The notes beneath the pieces were generated by a model. It was not told the DNA's origin. It ran no database searches and saw only the letters and a program-made list of their open reading frames with translations. The position numbers and the translations under genes are program-made. Shown piece by piece: positions 8,738 through 17,051 of a DNA stretch of 32,000 nucleotides (positions are counted from its first letter, which is position 1; every line of letters begins with the position of its first letter). Origin of the DNA: Promethearchaeum syntrophicum (GTDB lineage Archaea; Asgardarchaeota; Lokiarchaeia; Sigyniarchaeales; Promethearchaeaceae); NCBI RefSeq assembly GCF_008000775.2, contig NZ_CP042905.2:180001-212000 (forward strand), written 5' to 3'.

Positions 8738-9184
8738 ATGAAGACATGGAAAATTTCTGTAAAAATAGATGATAATTCCGTAGAAAATTTAGAATTAGTT
8801 GATATTTTAGAAGTCATGGATGGCTATTTAAATATTTATAGAACATATTTTGATGAACTACTAAATATCGTTAAAATGATTAATAAATATAGTATTGGGA
8901 AAGGATTAGAAAACGTTATTGGTCCTGATAATAAAGACTGGACAAAAAATCCATGGTTATTACTCATGTTTAAAGATAATGAAAAGGAAATTCCTTTTTG
9001 GTTGTTATTAAAGCGTGAAAAAGACTTAACGGGATACTTAGTAGGTGTGGGACCGCAAAAATTTTATGAATATTGTAAAAATTCAAAGGAACCTGATGAT
9101 GAAATTAAAAGACTTATGGAATATATTATCGCATACCCGCAAAAATTCAAAGTATCAATAATTATTCCAAACTTCATTGAATAA
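8738..9184 (+). CDS. Hypothetical protein (148 aa), no recognisable motif
   Basis: ORF track entry lying 58 nt downstream of RHH paralog 2 on the same strand. It has no TM segments and no family recognised. Confidence 0.5.
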   Translation: MKTWKISVKIDDNSVENLELVDILEVMDGYLNIYRTYFDELLNIVKMINKYSIGKGLENVIGPDNKDWTKNPWLLLMFKDNEKEIPFWLLLKREKDLTGYLVGVGPQKFYEYCKNSKEPDDEIKRLMEYIIAYPQKFKVSIIIPNFIE

Positions 9185-9539
9185 TATTATTACGTCTAAA
9201 TTTTTTTTCGTAATATCCCTTTTTCTTTTGAGGTCCAAATGAAGACAATCCTTGATTTTTAATCTGGTCTTTTAAGCTTTGAAATTCATCAAGAGATATT
9301 TCGTTTCTATTTAAAAGAAACTCGATTATTTCAAATGCTTCTTCCTTTGTACTGCATCGTCTTATAAAATCAATAGCACCAGGATCAGGAACAATATTTT
9401 GTATTCCTTGAATGTTGATTGTTTTTTCTCCACCCATCAACTCAGAACTTAGATGAGGCAAAGATTTTTTAAAATCCTTAGCATCAAATTCAATGGTTAG
9501 ATTATCATCAGATAATTTAGGGGAAGTTTTTTTATTCAT
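9174..9539 (-). CDS. Small conserved-looking archaeal protein of unknown function (possibly DUF2095-like; unverified recollection)
   Basis: 121 aa, including PGAIDFIRRCSTKEEAFEIIEFLLNRNEISLDEFQSLKDQIKNQGLSSFGPQKKKGYYEKKF. It lies 29 nt downstream of thyX on the same strand. Confidence 0.55.
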   Translation of the reverse strand: MNKKTSPKLSDDNLTIEFDAKDFKKSLPHLSSELMGGEKTINIQGIQNIVPDPGAIDFIRRCSTKEEAFEIIEFLLNRNEISLDEFQSLKDQIKNQGLSSFGPQKKKGYYEKKFRRNNIIQ

Positions 9540-9568
9540 TTCTCAGAATATAAAATGATTCTTGGATT

Positions 9569-10465
9569 TTATTTTTTTTCTTTCCCCAAATAATCTAAAG
9601 TGGTATTAAAACCCATCAATTTTCTTAATTTGTCTATTAATTCAAGAGATTCTAACTTAGCAAGAGGTATTGTTTTCTCGTTTTTTTCTAAATATTCTTC
9701 TATAAAATGAAGAATATCAAACTTTTCTTCAAAAACATTTTTTAAAACAGTTAGTTCTGATGCTGAAAATGATATTGAATTTTTTACATAATCGCGCCAA
9801 GCTTGAATTACAATGGGAAAGTATTTTTCGCTCATTTTTGCCATTATATTTGCATATTGCCTTATTTCGAACTGAGCATGGGGATCTGTTCGTAATGACA
9901 GAAAATTAAGTAAATTCCTTAAATCTATTTTAAATACAAAAGATGTATAAATTGAAAGGGGTAAGTTAATCCGTGCAATTTCTCTAGCCACTCCTTCTTC
10001 TATATAACTGTGATATTCTTTAAGTAAATTCTCAGATTGCAATTTAAGTTTTGAGCAAATTTCTTTTGAGTTTTTAATTTCATGGTCTGTTCTTGCTTGT
10101 CTATTTCTTCGATCTTGACTAGTAATCCATTCAGAACGAGGAACATAAAATTCTTCAACTACTTCTGAATAACGTAAACTAACTTCATTATAAGATGCCA
10201 TTCTATGACGAAACCATTGGCGTGCAACAAAAATGGGACATCGAATTCTAAAAACCAGTACACCAAATTCAATTGGCCCCGAATGTTTGTGTCTTATTAA
10301 ATAACGGATTAATTGTTTAGTTGAAGATATTTTTTTTGTGCCTTTATCATATGAGGTTCGAGCAGCGTTAACAATATCCTGATCTGATCCTAAAACATCA
10401 ATTAATTCAACAAATCCATGATCTAAAACTTTTTCTTTTAACAATATTCTACGTTCTTCTCCCAT
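9569..10465 (-). CDS. thyX: Flavin-dependent thymidylate synthase ThyX
   Basis: ThyX signature QWFRHRMASYNEVSLRYSE (RHRxxSxxExSxRY). Other family-typical regions are HGFVELIDVLGSD, HSGPIEFG and SLRTDPHAQFEIRQYA. It has a C-terminal extension of about 60 aa. Confidence 0.9.
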   Translation of the reverse strand: MGEERRILLKEKVLDHGFVELIDVLGSDQDIVNAARTSYDKGTKKISSTKQLIRYLIRHKHSGPIEFGVLVFRIRCPIFVARQWFRHRMASYNEVSLRYSEVVEEFYVPRSEWITSQDRRNRQARTDHEIKNSKEICSKLKLQSENLLKEYHSYIEEGVAREIARINLPLSIYTSFVFKIDLRNLLNFLSLRTDPHAQFEIRQYANIMAKMSEKYFPIVIQAWRDYVKNSISFSASELTVLKNVFEEKFDILHFIEEYLEKNEKTIPLAKLESLELIDKLRKLMGFNTTLDYLGKEKK

Positions 10466-10505
10466 AATATTTTATTTTTTTATTCAATTATGAAAGCTAT
10501 TATTA

Positions 10506-11297
10506 TTACATTAGTATAATTGGGTTTTCTGATTCAATAAAGGAAAATTCATCTCTGGGAAACTCTAGAGACAAAATCATTTTCAGTTTTTTCATTGCAA
10601 TTATGTCGCAAGCATAATGTGGAACATTTAATACATTTAATCCTAGTTTCCGAGCAAAAATAAAATGTGAATAAACTAAATCAGTTGAAATTAATGTATC
10701 ACAATTATTTTTTACAATTTCAAACAAATCAGCTTCATTTAATGAAATTCCACAGATTACTACAATTTTCTTGATATTTATATCCAATTTTCCACAGACT
10801 TGAACATATTTTAAATTAAGTTTTCTCTTCAAAGAGCGAATTAATATATCTAGAGTCAAATTTTGATTATATGGAGTGCCAACTCGTCCAAGAGGCTTTT
10901 TTAATCCATTATCATTGACATACCACCTGTCAGCGACTATAATTCCTGCAATTTCAGATATTATATCAGAAATTCCCCCTGAAGCTGCAATCCAAGCAGA
11001 ACTTAATATAAATAAAGATATATTATTAGCTGATAGCAATTTAAATTGATTTAATACAGGTTCGTTAAATTTTATTAAAGATCGCTGAGTTAATCCATGA
11101 TGGGCAATAATGAAATACGATTTTGTTTTCTTTGCTTGTAAAATTACTTTGATGGATGGATCAACACAAATTGCAATTTTATGCAAATTTAAATCCTTCA
11201 ATGTATTTCCAAATTGAAGACCATAAATATCACTACCTAAGCCTAATTCCCGTGGAACTAATTCTGCAATCTTTTTCGATAACATAGAATAGAGCAT
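10506..11297 (-). CDS. NIF3-family (YbgI/GTP cyclohydrolase I type 2-like) protein
   Basis: Matches include SDIYGLQFGN, KIAICVDPS, FIIAHHGL, KIVVICGIS, TLISTDLVYSHF and VLNVPHYACD, following the NIF3 layout. The central HTxxD metal motif appears replaced (SSAWIAASGG). Confidence 0.65.
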   Translation of the reverse strand: MLYSMLSKKIAELVPRELGLGSDIYGLQFGNTLKDLNLHKIAICVDPSIKVILQAKKTKSYFIIAHHGLTQRSLIKFNEPVLNQFKLLSANNISLFILSSAWIAASGGISDIISEIAGIIVADRWYVNDNGLKKPLGRVGTPYNQNLTLDILIRSLKRKLNLKYVQVCGKLDINIKKIVVICGISLNEADLFEIVKNNCDTLISTDLVYSHFIFARKLGLNVLNVPHYACDIIAMKKLKMILSLEFPRDEFSFIESENPIILM

Positions 11298-11647
11298 ATT
11301 ATTTGTTATTTCAAGGAAGTTAATTAAAAAGGTGAGTGAGGTAATTTTTTTTAAACGTATTTTCTTTCGATTTGAATAAAATAAAATATCAATTCTAAGT
11401 TCATCGAATTCTTATATTTGACTCATCAAATGAATGACGGAAGTCTTTTTTTATTTAAAATTCATAAGATTTTTACGCTGAAGAAGCCTTTACTTTTATT
11501 TTTAGTAAAATTCAGAAGTTGCCAAGAAATTTTATGTGATTACAATTTCTATTTTCATTTCAGCTCGATTAAGTCACTGAAATAATTTTATATAATAAAC
11601 ATTCTAGTTGTAGCTATCTAAACAAATACTTTTTATGGATTATAAAA

Positions 11648-11666
11648 CAGTCTTCAAGGTTATAAA
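11648..11666. repeat. IS left terminal inverted repeat (cagtcttcaaggttataaa)
   Basis: Matches the reverse complement of 13106..13124 at 18 of 19 positions. Confidence 0.8.
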
Positions 11667-11752
11667 CTCGACGACAAAAAACGTCCCTAAGTCTAATCTA
11701 TGAAAACGATAGAAGATATAAAGGGGAAAGGAGAATATTTATATGATTATTT

Positions 11753-13105
11753 ATGAATATTGCAAGGAGTCGTTCGATTCCCACATCGAAAACCCTTCCT
11801 TTCCCTAAAGATATATTTCTCCTAGGAGAATTTAAATCTTTGGTTAACAGTTTGGTCACTCGATTAGGAATCGCGAAAAGATTTAAGCCCAGGCTTTATT
11901 CATATGCAGATTTTGTGTTTGTTAAATTTTATGCTCTAACAACTTCAATACCAATCGAAAGAGCTTCAGAACGCCTTAATAAATGGCTGATATTCCAATA
12001 TTTCAAGAAATACAAGTTAAAACCAAAAAATTTTCAAGACGGAGTTCGTAAACGGCGCTTAGTACCACATCAAACCGATGTTGATAAATTTTTCAGATTG
12101 TTATCTGAAAAAGAAGTCAATATGTTGTTCGGAAATCTATTAATGAACGTTGTACTGAAGGTTAAAGCTAGATGTATCGGAGGATCAAAACTCAGATTCT
12201 TAGTTGACAACACTGAATATGCATATTATGGCAAGCCCAACTCGCTTTTTGAAATTGGAACCAATCGAAAACCAGGAACTCGGTTCTGTCGCATGTTTCA
12301 AGGGCATGCACTTCACGGATCTGGAATGACATTGTTTACTGATTTCTATTTACTTCAAAAAGGGAAATATCGTTGTCTTAACATCCCTCATTCGGTAGAA
12401 TGGATAAGGTGGTCGGGAATTAATCTTTCCTATTCTCTCATGGATAGAGAATTTTACCGCGCCGCCTTAATCAAAGATCTTAAAACCTGTAAACTTCCAG
12501 TTCTTATTCCCGCGAAGAAATATCCCGGAATTAAAAGAAAAATCAAAGATTTCTTGCTCGGAATAGGTCCATTGGTATCAGTTTATCACTTTTCACAAAC
12601 CCAAAAGGTAAAACCATGGCCGAGTTCGGTTCATGTGAATTTTGTCGTTATTGGCCATAAAAATGTATTAGCAACCGAAATACGGCGCCAATTCAGACAA
12701 GGTATTTTAACGTTCGATGAAGCAATAAAACAGTTAGCAGGGTTCTTTACAACTCTCAAACCTTGGAAAAATCATTCACGATGGGCTAAATGGCTTTCAC
12801 GAGCATATAAAAAAAGATGGAATGAAGAGACGGGGTTCAGTAAGTTGAATGATATTCACAAAAGTTTCCGGAATCATTATCCGAATGTGCAATTATCTCA
12901 GCTCTATATGAGAGCAATAATTTATAACAATTGGCAATATTTCAAAAGAGAAGCAGAAAAATCAGGAATTAAAGCCTCAAAGAGAACTTTAGCTGTGTTT
13001 TTAGAGATATTAGAATGGAGGATCTATAATCTAATTGAACAATCAGTGAGTTATAATTTAAAATATTTACAGAAAAAAAGAAGGAGGTTATATTTTGAAA
13101 GTTAA
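11753..13105 (+). CDS. DDE transposase (IS4/ISH3-like)
   Basis: 450 aa. Candidate DDE residues lie in FLVDNTEYAYYG, YSLMDREFYRA and AYKKRWNEETGFSKLN (the YxxRxxxE signature of IS4-type transposases). An AGGAG motif lies upstream. Confidence 0.85.
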   Translation: MNIARSRSIPTSKTLPFPKDIFLLGEFKSLVNSLVTRLGIAKRFKPRLYSYADFVFVKFYALTTSIPIERASERLNKWLIFQYFKKYKLKPKNFQDGVRKRRLVPHQTDVDKFFRLLSEKEVNMLFGNLLMNVVLKVKARCIGGSKLRFLVDNTEYAYYGKPNSLFEIGTNRKPGTRFCRMFQGHALHGSGMTLFTDFYLLQKGKYRCLNIPHSVEWIRWSGINLSYSLMDREFYRAALIKDLKTCKLPVLIPAKKYPGIKRKIKDFLLGIGPLVSVYHFSQTQKVKPWPSSVHVNFVVIGHKNVLATEIRRQFRQGILTFDEAIKQLAGFFTTLKPWKNHSRWAKWLSRAYKKRWNEETGFSKLNDIHKSFRNHYPNVQLSQLYMRAIIYNNWQYFKREAEKSGIKASKRTLAVFLEILEWRIYNLIEQSVSYNLKYLQKKRRRLYFES

Positions 13106-13124
13106 TTTATAACCTTAAAGACTG
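13106..13124. repeat. IS right terminal inverted repeat (tttataaccttaaagactg)
   Basis: Reverse complement of the left IR with one mismatch. Confidence 0.8.
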
Positions 13125-13170
13125 ATAAAAAAAAAGCGGAAAATTGATGTCTATTAGAAACCGACATCAA
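13125..13170 (-). terminator. Hairpin plus oligo-T tract downstream of the 13187..14542 gene
   Basis: The 8-bp stem ttgatgtc (13144..13151) pairs with gacatcaa (13163..13170) around an 11-nt loop. On the minus strand it is followed by ttttccgcttttttttt. It lies 17 nt after the stop codon, and the IS abuts the T-tract. Confidence 0.4.
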
Positions 13171-13186
13171 CATCGAACTATTTTTC

Positions 13187-14542
13187 TTAACAAAAAATTA
13201 CATAATATAATGAAAGGGATACAAGAATAAAAAATAACAATGCAAATCGTTTACTTACAAGTTTGAAGACCGTCTTTTCATAAATTAACCATTCTCGAGC
13301 TATCATAAGAAACGAAATAAATGTAATCGTTGCAGAAAAAAATTCTCCCTCATTTGCGATAATAACAGATTTTTCAATAAAATTGCCTAAAAAAGGAATT
13401 TGAGTTAAAAATCCATAAAAATTTAAAATCGCAAAACACCAAATAAATATTAGTATTACTGATATGAAATTCAGTAATCTAAGCCAAATAATATGATTTT
13501 TTGGAATTTTCGTTTTGAAACTTAACCTAGCTTGCCATGATTTCTCTAAAGGCATATTAGTACCTAAACGTAAAGATGCAATTTCTGGGTCTTCTTTAGA
13601 GATTAAATTTTTTTTTATTAGTTTATTTGAAGTTGATACATCATCCTCATTCAATTCAATATGAAATTTTTCTGGAGCTTTAATAAAAAGCCAAAGCGAA
13701 CCTGGGGGATTTTTAGCAAAAAGCTCCATAAAAAATTGAGGTTCACATACAGGAGCGAAAACGAATATGTATCGAAAAAATTCCAAGATTTTCTTCCAGA
13801 CTATCTTAGATTTGCCTTTTTTATAGGTACTTCCTGTTGGTAAATGTATTTCATAATTTGAAAGGAATTTCTTTTCAAAATTTAAAAGTTCTTTATCATT
13901 ATAGAATTTGAATGGATTTCCAACACATGTAATCGTCAAAACGCAAATGTCCTTAGGTAAAAGTTTATCGGCGATGAAAATGAATAGAGGGATTTCATTT
14001 TTAATTATATTTTTAATTACAACTCGGAGAAATTGTTCAGGATCTTGAATATTTTGTTTATCATTTAGATTCTTAAGAATTTTTTTATAACTAGAAAGAT
14101 CTACCTCACGGATCTTCTCTTCTACTAACCTTGTAATGTGATCAACTTTAATAATGAATTGGACTTCATCTTTTAGTTTAATCTCCAACTTCGGAATGTA
14201 ATCAGATAATCCGCAAATAAATAGGTAATCAGGAATTTTTTCTTCTGATGGAACAATAAACTCGAATTTCAATTCTTGGCTCAATCGCAATGGATTTTCA
14301 AAATCTAATTCAAAAATTTGACGATGTAACCAATTTCTTAAAGTAGGCCAATAAATTTCAAAAAATACATTCGGTGTTGTTAAAAACATGTGTGTAGGAG
14401 AATTTACGATGTTTTGAGATTTACACACATTTTGCAATAACTCATAACCATCTATTACATCATTTTTTTTATTATTATTTTTTTCTTCATGAAGGATTCC
14501 TTGTTTTAAAGTCCATACCGAAACAAATTCTTTCATTGTCAT
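13187..14542 (-). CDS. Hypothetical protein: about 340-aa soluble N-terminal region plus a C-terminal 3-TM membrane module
   Basis: 451-aa ORF with no motif recognised. Hydrophobic helices sit at the C-terminus (IIWLRLLNFISVILIFIWCFAILNF, FFSATITFISFLMIA, FALLFFILVSLSLYYVIF). GGAG lies directly after the thiC stop, 11 nt before the ATG. Confidence 0.65.
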   Translation of the reverse strand: MTMKEFVSVWTLKQGILHEEKNNNKKNDVIDGYELLQNVCKSQNIVNSPTHMFLTTPNVFFEIYWPTLRNWLHRQIFELDFENPLRLSQELKFEFIVPSEEKIPDYLFICGLSDYIPKLEIKLKDEVQFIIKVDHITRLVEEKIREVDLSSYKKILKNLNDKQNIQDPEQFLRVVIKNIIKNEIPLFIFIADKLLPKDICVLTITCVGNPFKFYNDKELLNFEKKFLSNYEIHLPTGSTYKKGKSKIVWKKILEFFRYIFVFAPVCEPQFFMELFAKNPPGSLWLFIKAPEKFHIELNEDDVSTSNKLIKKNLISKEDPEIASLRLGTNMPLEKSWQARLSFKTKIPKNHIIWLRLLNFISVILIFIWCFAILNFYGFLTQIPFLGNFIEKSVIIANEGEFFSATITFISFLMIAREWLIYEKTVFKLVSKRFALLFFILVSLSLYYVIFC

Positions 14543-14557
14543 TTTACTTCTTTCTCC

Positions 14558-15751
14558 TCATTCTAATTTTTTCATACTTCTTATATTATTTAAGTTTATT
14601 TTTAGAGCACAATAAGGCCCACATACACTACAAGTTTTAATATTATTTTTGTTTAACTGAGGATCTAATGATTGCACATCGTTACTAAAAAGTGAATTTT
14701 TCCATATTTTTTCTTTTAAACACAGGTTTCTCGCTTCTGAAATCTTTCTATCAAGGTGATAGCGTGATGTTTTTCCCGATCTACCAATATAAACGGCAAT
14801 TTTAAAAGCTTTTACCGCCTCCTCTACGTCTTTTAAACGTGGAAGCCCAACATGTTCACCTTTAGTTGTGCAAGTAATAAAATCGCACCCATACATAGAT
14901 GCTACTGCCGCACCAATTGCCCCAGTGATATGATCATATCCAGCTCCACAATCACATAAAGTTGGACCTAGAGAACGATAGGGAGCATCCATAATTATTT
15001 TTTTTGAAATACTCATATAATTTTGCATTTGCTCTAGAGGAATATGCCCCGCTCCTTCAACCATAACACCAATTCCCAGATCCCAACACTCCTTTATAAA
15101 TTTTCTCTGTTCGATCAATTCTTCAATAAATAGATTATCAAATCCATCAACTATTGATCCAGGTCTTAAAACTGTACCTAAACTGATAGTGACATTATTT
15201 TTTTTTACAATATCAAGAATTTTTCCTCTTAATTTTTGATAAGGGTTCTCTTCCCCGTGTTCGATCATATATCTAGTAATAATGGCTCCCCCACGGCTGG
15301 TCAAGGGAATAATCCTATTTGAATTTGCCATTTTTTCAGCTAATTTCCTGGAATAAGCAAAATGTAGCGTTAATATATCGGATCCCTCTTCAGAGTGTTG
15401 TTTAATTGTAGATAATAAATCACTTTCATCAAAATCTAGAATGTTCTGCCTCTCATAGAATGCTTGGGCACTCGTTGAAAAAATAGGTTCTGTATTTACG
15501 GGGACGGAGAACTCAGAATATAGAAGTTTTCTCAATTTTGAACCATCTGGTTCGACAACACTATCATCGTTTATAATATCCGCTCCTGCTTCAACTGCAA
15601 TTCTTGCTTTTTTTAATTCAGTTTCAATGTTAGTTACACCAGGACTCAAACCAATGGAAGAAAGTATCCTAGTTGGTTCACCCAACCCTGCACTGAGTTG
15701 CACATTTGGTCGATTTTTATTCCCGATTATTATTTTTTTCATTTTAAACAT
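14558..15751 (-). CDS. thiC: Phosphomethylpyrimidine synthase ThiC (radical SAM, thiamine pyrimidine moiety)
   Basis: Matches include GPTLCDCGAGYDHITGAIGAA, MVEGAGHIPL and FITCTTKGEHVGLP, plus the C-terminal Fe-S cluster motif CSVCGPYCALK. Confidence 0.9.
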   Translation of the reverse strand: MFKMKKIIIGNKNRPNVQLSAGLGEPTRILSSIGLSPGVTNIETELKKARIAVEAGADIINDDSVVEPDGSKLRKLLYSEFSVPVNTEPIFSTSAQAFYERQNILDFDESDLLSTIKQHSEEGSDILTLHFAYSRKLAEKMANSNRIIPLTSRGGAIITRYMIEHGEENPYQKLRGKILDIVKKNNVTISLGTVLRPGSIVDGFDNLFIEELIEQRKFIKECWDLGIGVMVEGAGHIPLEQMQNYMSISKKIIMDAPYRSLGPTLCDCGAGYDHITGAIGAAVASMYGCDFITCTTKGEHVGLPRLKDVEEAVKAFKIAVYIGRSGKTSRYHLDRKISEARNLCLKEKIWKNSLFSNDVQSLDPQLNKNNIKTCSVCGPYCALKINLNNIRSMKKLE

Positions 15752-16155
15752 GATCCTATACGAAAAATCAAATTTAAGATATATTATTAAAAATGTTAAT
15801 TAAATATTAACTTCCGGTTGATCTTTTTCTTTCATAGTTTTGTAAACAGAATTTCTATATCAAAATTGCATAATCCAAGCACTCGATTTTTGGGGATTCT
15901 TCCACCAATTTTTAAAATTTTATTCAAAATTATGGAAAATACTAAACAACTACTTCATATGTCCGTTCTATCATTTAGGGGTTTCTGGCTCAGATATTTT
16001 TATTGAGATATAAATTCTGCATAGTTAATTAAAAAGGGGGTTAAAAAATTTATTTAAATGTATTTCCCTTCGATTTCCTAAAATCGAATTTCTTATTATT
16101 GCATATAAAGCTTAAAAATGTTAAGCTCTTAAATTGCTTAATAGATGGTATTATT

Positions 16156-16569
16156 ATGTCGGAAGAAGAATGCATTTTTTGTAAAATAATAGAGGGACAA
16201 ATTCCTAGCTATAAAATATATGAAAATGATTCATTGTTAGCTTTCTTGGATATTTTTCCGTTAAGCTATGGACACACTGTTGTGGTTCCAAAGAAACATT
16301 ATTATAATTTCTTAGATATGCCAGAGGATGATATGAGTGACTTTTTTAAGGATTTAAGGAACATTTCAGCATTAATTATGAAAAAATTGAAAATTGATGG
16401 ATTTAATCTTGTTCAAAATAATTTTCCCGCAGCGGGGCAAGTCATACATCATTTACACTTTCATATTATTCCAAGAATGAAAGGAGATGGGCCTTTAAAA
16501 ATGATTCCAGGTAAAATTCAAGCTAAAGAAGACGATCTGAAGAAAATCATTCAAAAAATAAAAGAATAA
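16156..16569 (+). CDS. HIT-family (histidine triad) nucleotide hydrolase/transferase
   Basis: CIFCKIIEGQIPSYKIYEND, AFLDIFPLSYGHTVVVPKKH and the histidine triad HHLHFHIIPR. The ATG at 16156 is preferred to the track's TTG at 16099. Confidence 0.85.
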   Translation: MSEEECIFCKIIEGQIPSYKIYENDSLLAFLDIFPLSYGHTVVVPKKHYYNFLDMPEDDMSDFFKDLRNISALIMKKLKIDGFNLVQNNFPAAGQVIHHLHFHIIPRMKGDGPLKMIPGKIQAKEDDLKKIIQKIKE

Positions 16570-16605
16570 GTTAATTTTTTTAATCAACTATCTCAAATAT
16601 TTTCA

Positions 16606-16836
16606 TTAACTTCCAATTGATAAAGGCAAAATACGTTGCTTCTTAAGAAACCATATTGGTAAAACGAATTTTTGCATACGTGGAGAAGAAAAATGAGATG
16701 GAATTTGGCTTTTAATTAAATATAGGGGAACAAATGCTTCCTTTTCATAATTTTGAAACCAAATTTTAACAAAATATCCAATTGTTTCAGAAATAACTCC
16801 AGTAATTTCGATACATTGATTTCCATAAATTCTCAT
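16606..16836 (-). CDS. Small hypothetical protein (76 aa)
   Basis: ORF track entry on the same strand as polB and downstream of it. A tttata TATA-like box lies about 20 nt upstream of the ATG. No motif recognised. Confidence 0.35.
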   Translation of the reverse strand: MRIYGNQCIEITGVISETIGYFVKIWFQNYEKEAFVPLYLIKSQIPSHFSSPRMQKFVLPIWFLKKQRILPLSIGS

Positions 16837-16927
16837 TTCAAATATCTTCTATAAAAACCGACAAAAAAAATAGATACACTTTGATGGTTTTTTGAATTAC
16901 TAGGAATATAATTCAAATCTGATTTTT

Positions 16928-17031
16928 CCGTGGAAACCGTTTCTCTGTGTAACTATAAGTCGTCATTAATTAATCATAAAAGACTAATCTCAACTTTTGA
17001 TTATGTCGTCATTGAATGGTTTCCATTTCGG
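16928..17031. repeat. Intergenic long-range inverted repeat enclosing a 9-bp direct repeat (possible structured RNA or protein-binding site)
   Basis: ccgTGGAAACC (16928..16938) pairs with GGTTTCCAtttcgg (17018..17031), giving 8+3 bp with a 3-nt bulge. Inside it, gtcgtcatt occurs twice (16959..16967 and 17005..17013). Confidence 0.4.
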
Positions 17032-17051
17032 CATCATTATTATCAAAGTTC

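Larger units (their letters stand above)
11648..13124 (+). mobile_element. Insertion sequence, IS4/ISH-like, apparently intact (1477 bp, single DDE transposase)
   Basis: Terminal inverted repeats match 18/19. The element begins CAG. A possible 6-bp direct repeat ATAAAA flanks it at 11642..11647 and 13125..13130. It contains a single transposase ORF. It is visibly richer in G+C than its flanks (for example taccgcgccgcc, tacggcgccaa). Confidence 0.8.

Noticed and set aside
8626-8817. Minus-strand 63-aa ORF spanning the end of RHH paralog 2 and the start of the 148-aa gene
   Set aside because: It overlaps two better-supported plus-strand genes, has low-complexity sequence and shows no motif.
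11298-11647. 350-bp non-coding stretch left of the IS as a disrupted gene or ncRNA
   Set aside because: There is no extended ORF on either strand and no GC-rich structured segment. Only a weak 6-bp hairpin (tttcag...ctgaaa) is present. The stretch is most simply the nif3-thyX promoter region, enlarged by the IS insertion.
13661-13843. Plus-strand 60-aa ORF inside the 451-aa minus-strand gene
   Set aside because: Antisense shadow ORF with no start context or motif.
15818-16006. 62-aa ORF (TTG start) in the thiC/HIT spacer
   Set aside because: It has a non-ATG start and hydrophobic low-complexity sequence. It sits in a divergent promoter region and is probably non-coding.
15941-16060. Possible TPP (THI-box) riboswitch upstream of thiC
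   Set aside because: The minus strand contains cugagcc...acccc. However, the conserved CUGAGA...ACCUGA core and the pairing partners of the THI-box are not present. A cmscan with the Rfam TPP model would be decisive.
16881-16921. C/D-box sRNA in the polB-downstream spacer (ttgatgg ... ctga on plus; aatgatgc and aatgacga on minus)
   Set aside because: The C-box-like strings are imperfect. The minus strand has no CUGA D box. The plus-strand C-to-D distance (about 40 nt) leaves no room for C'/D' boxes and guides.
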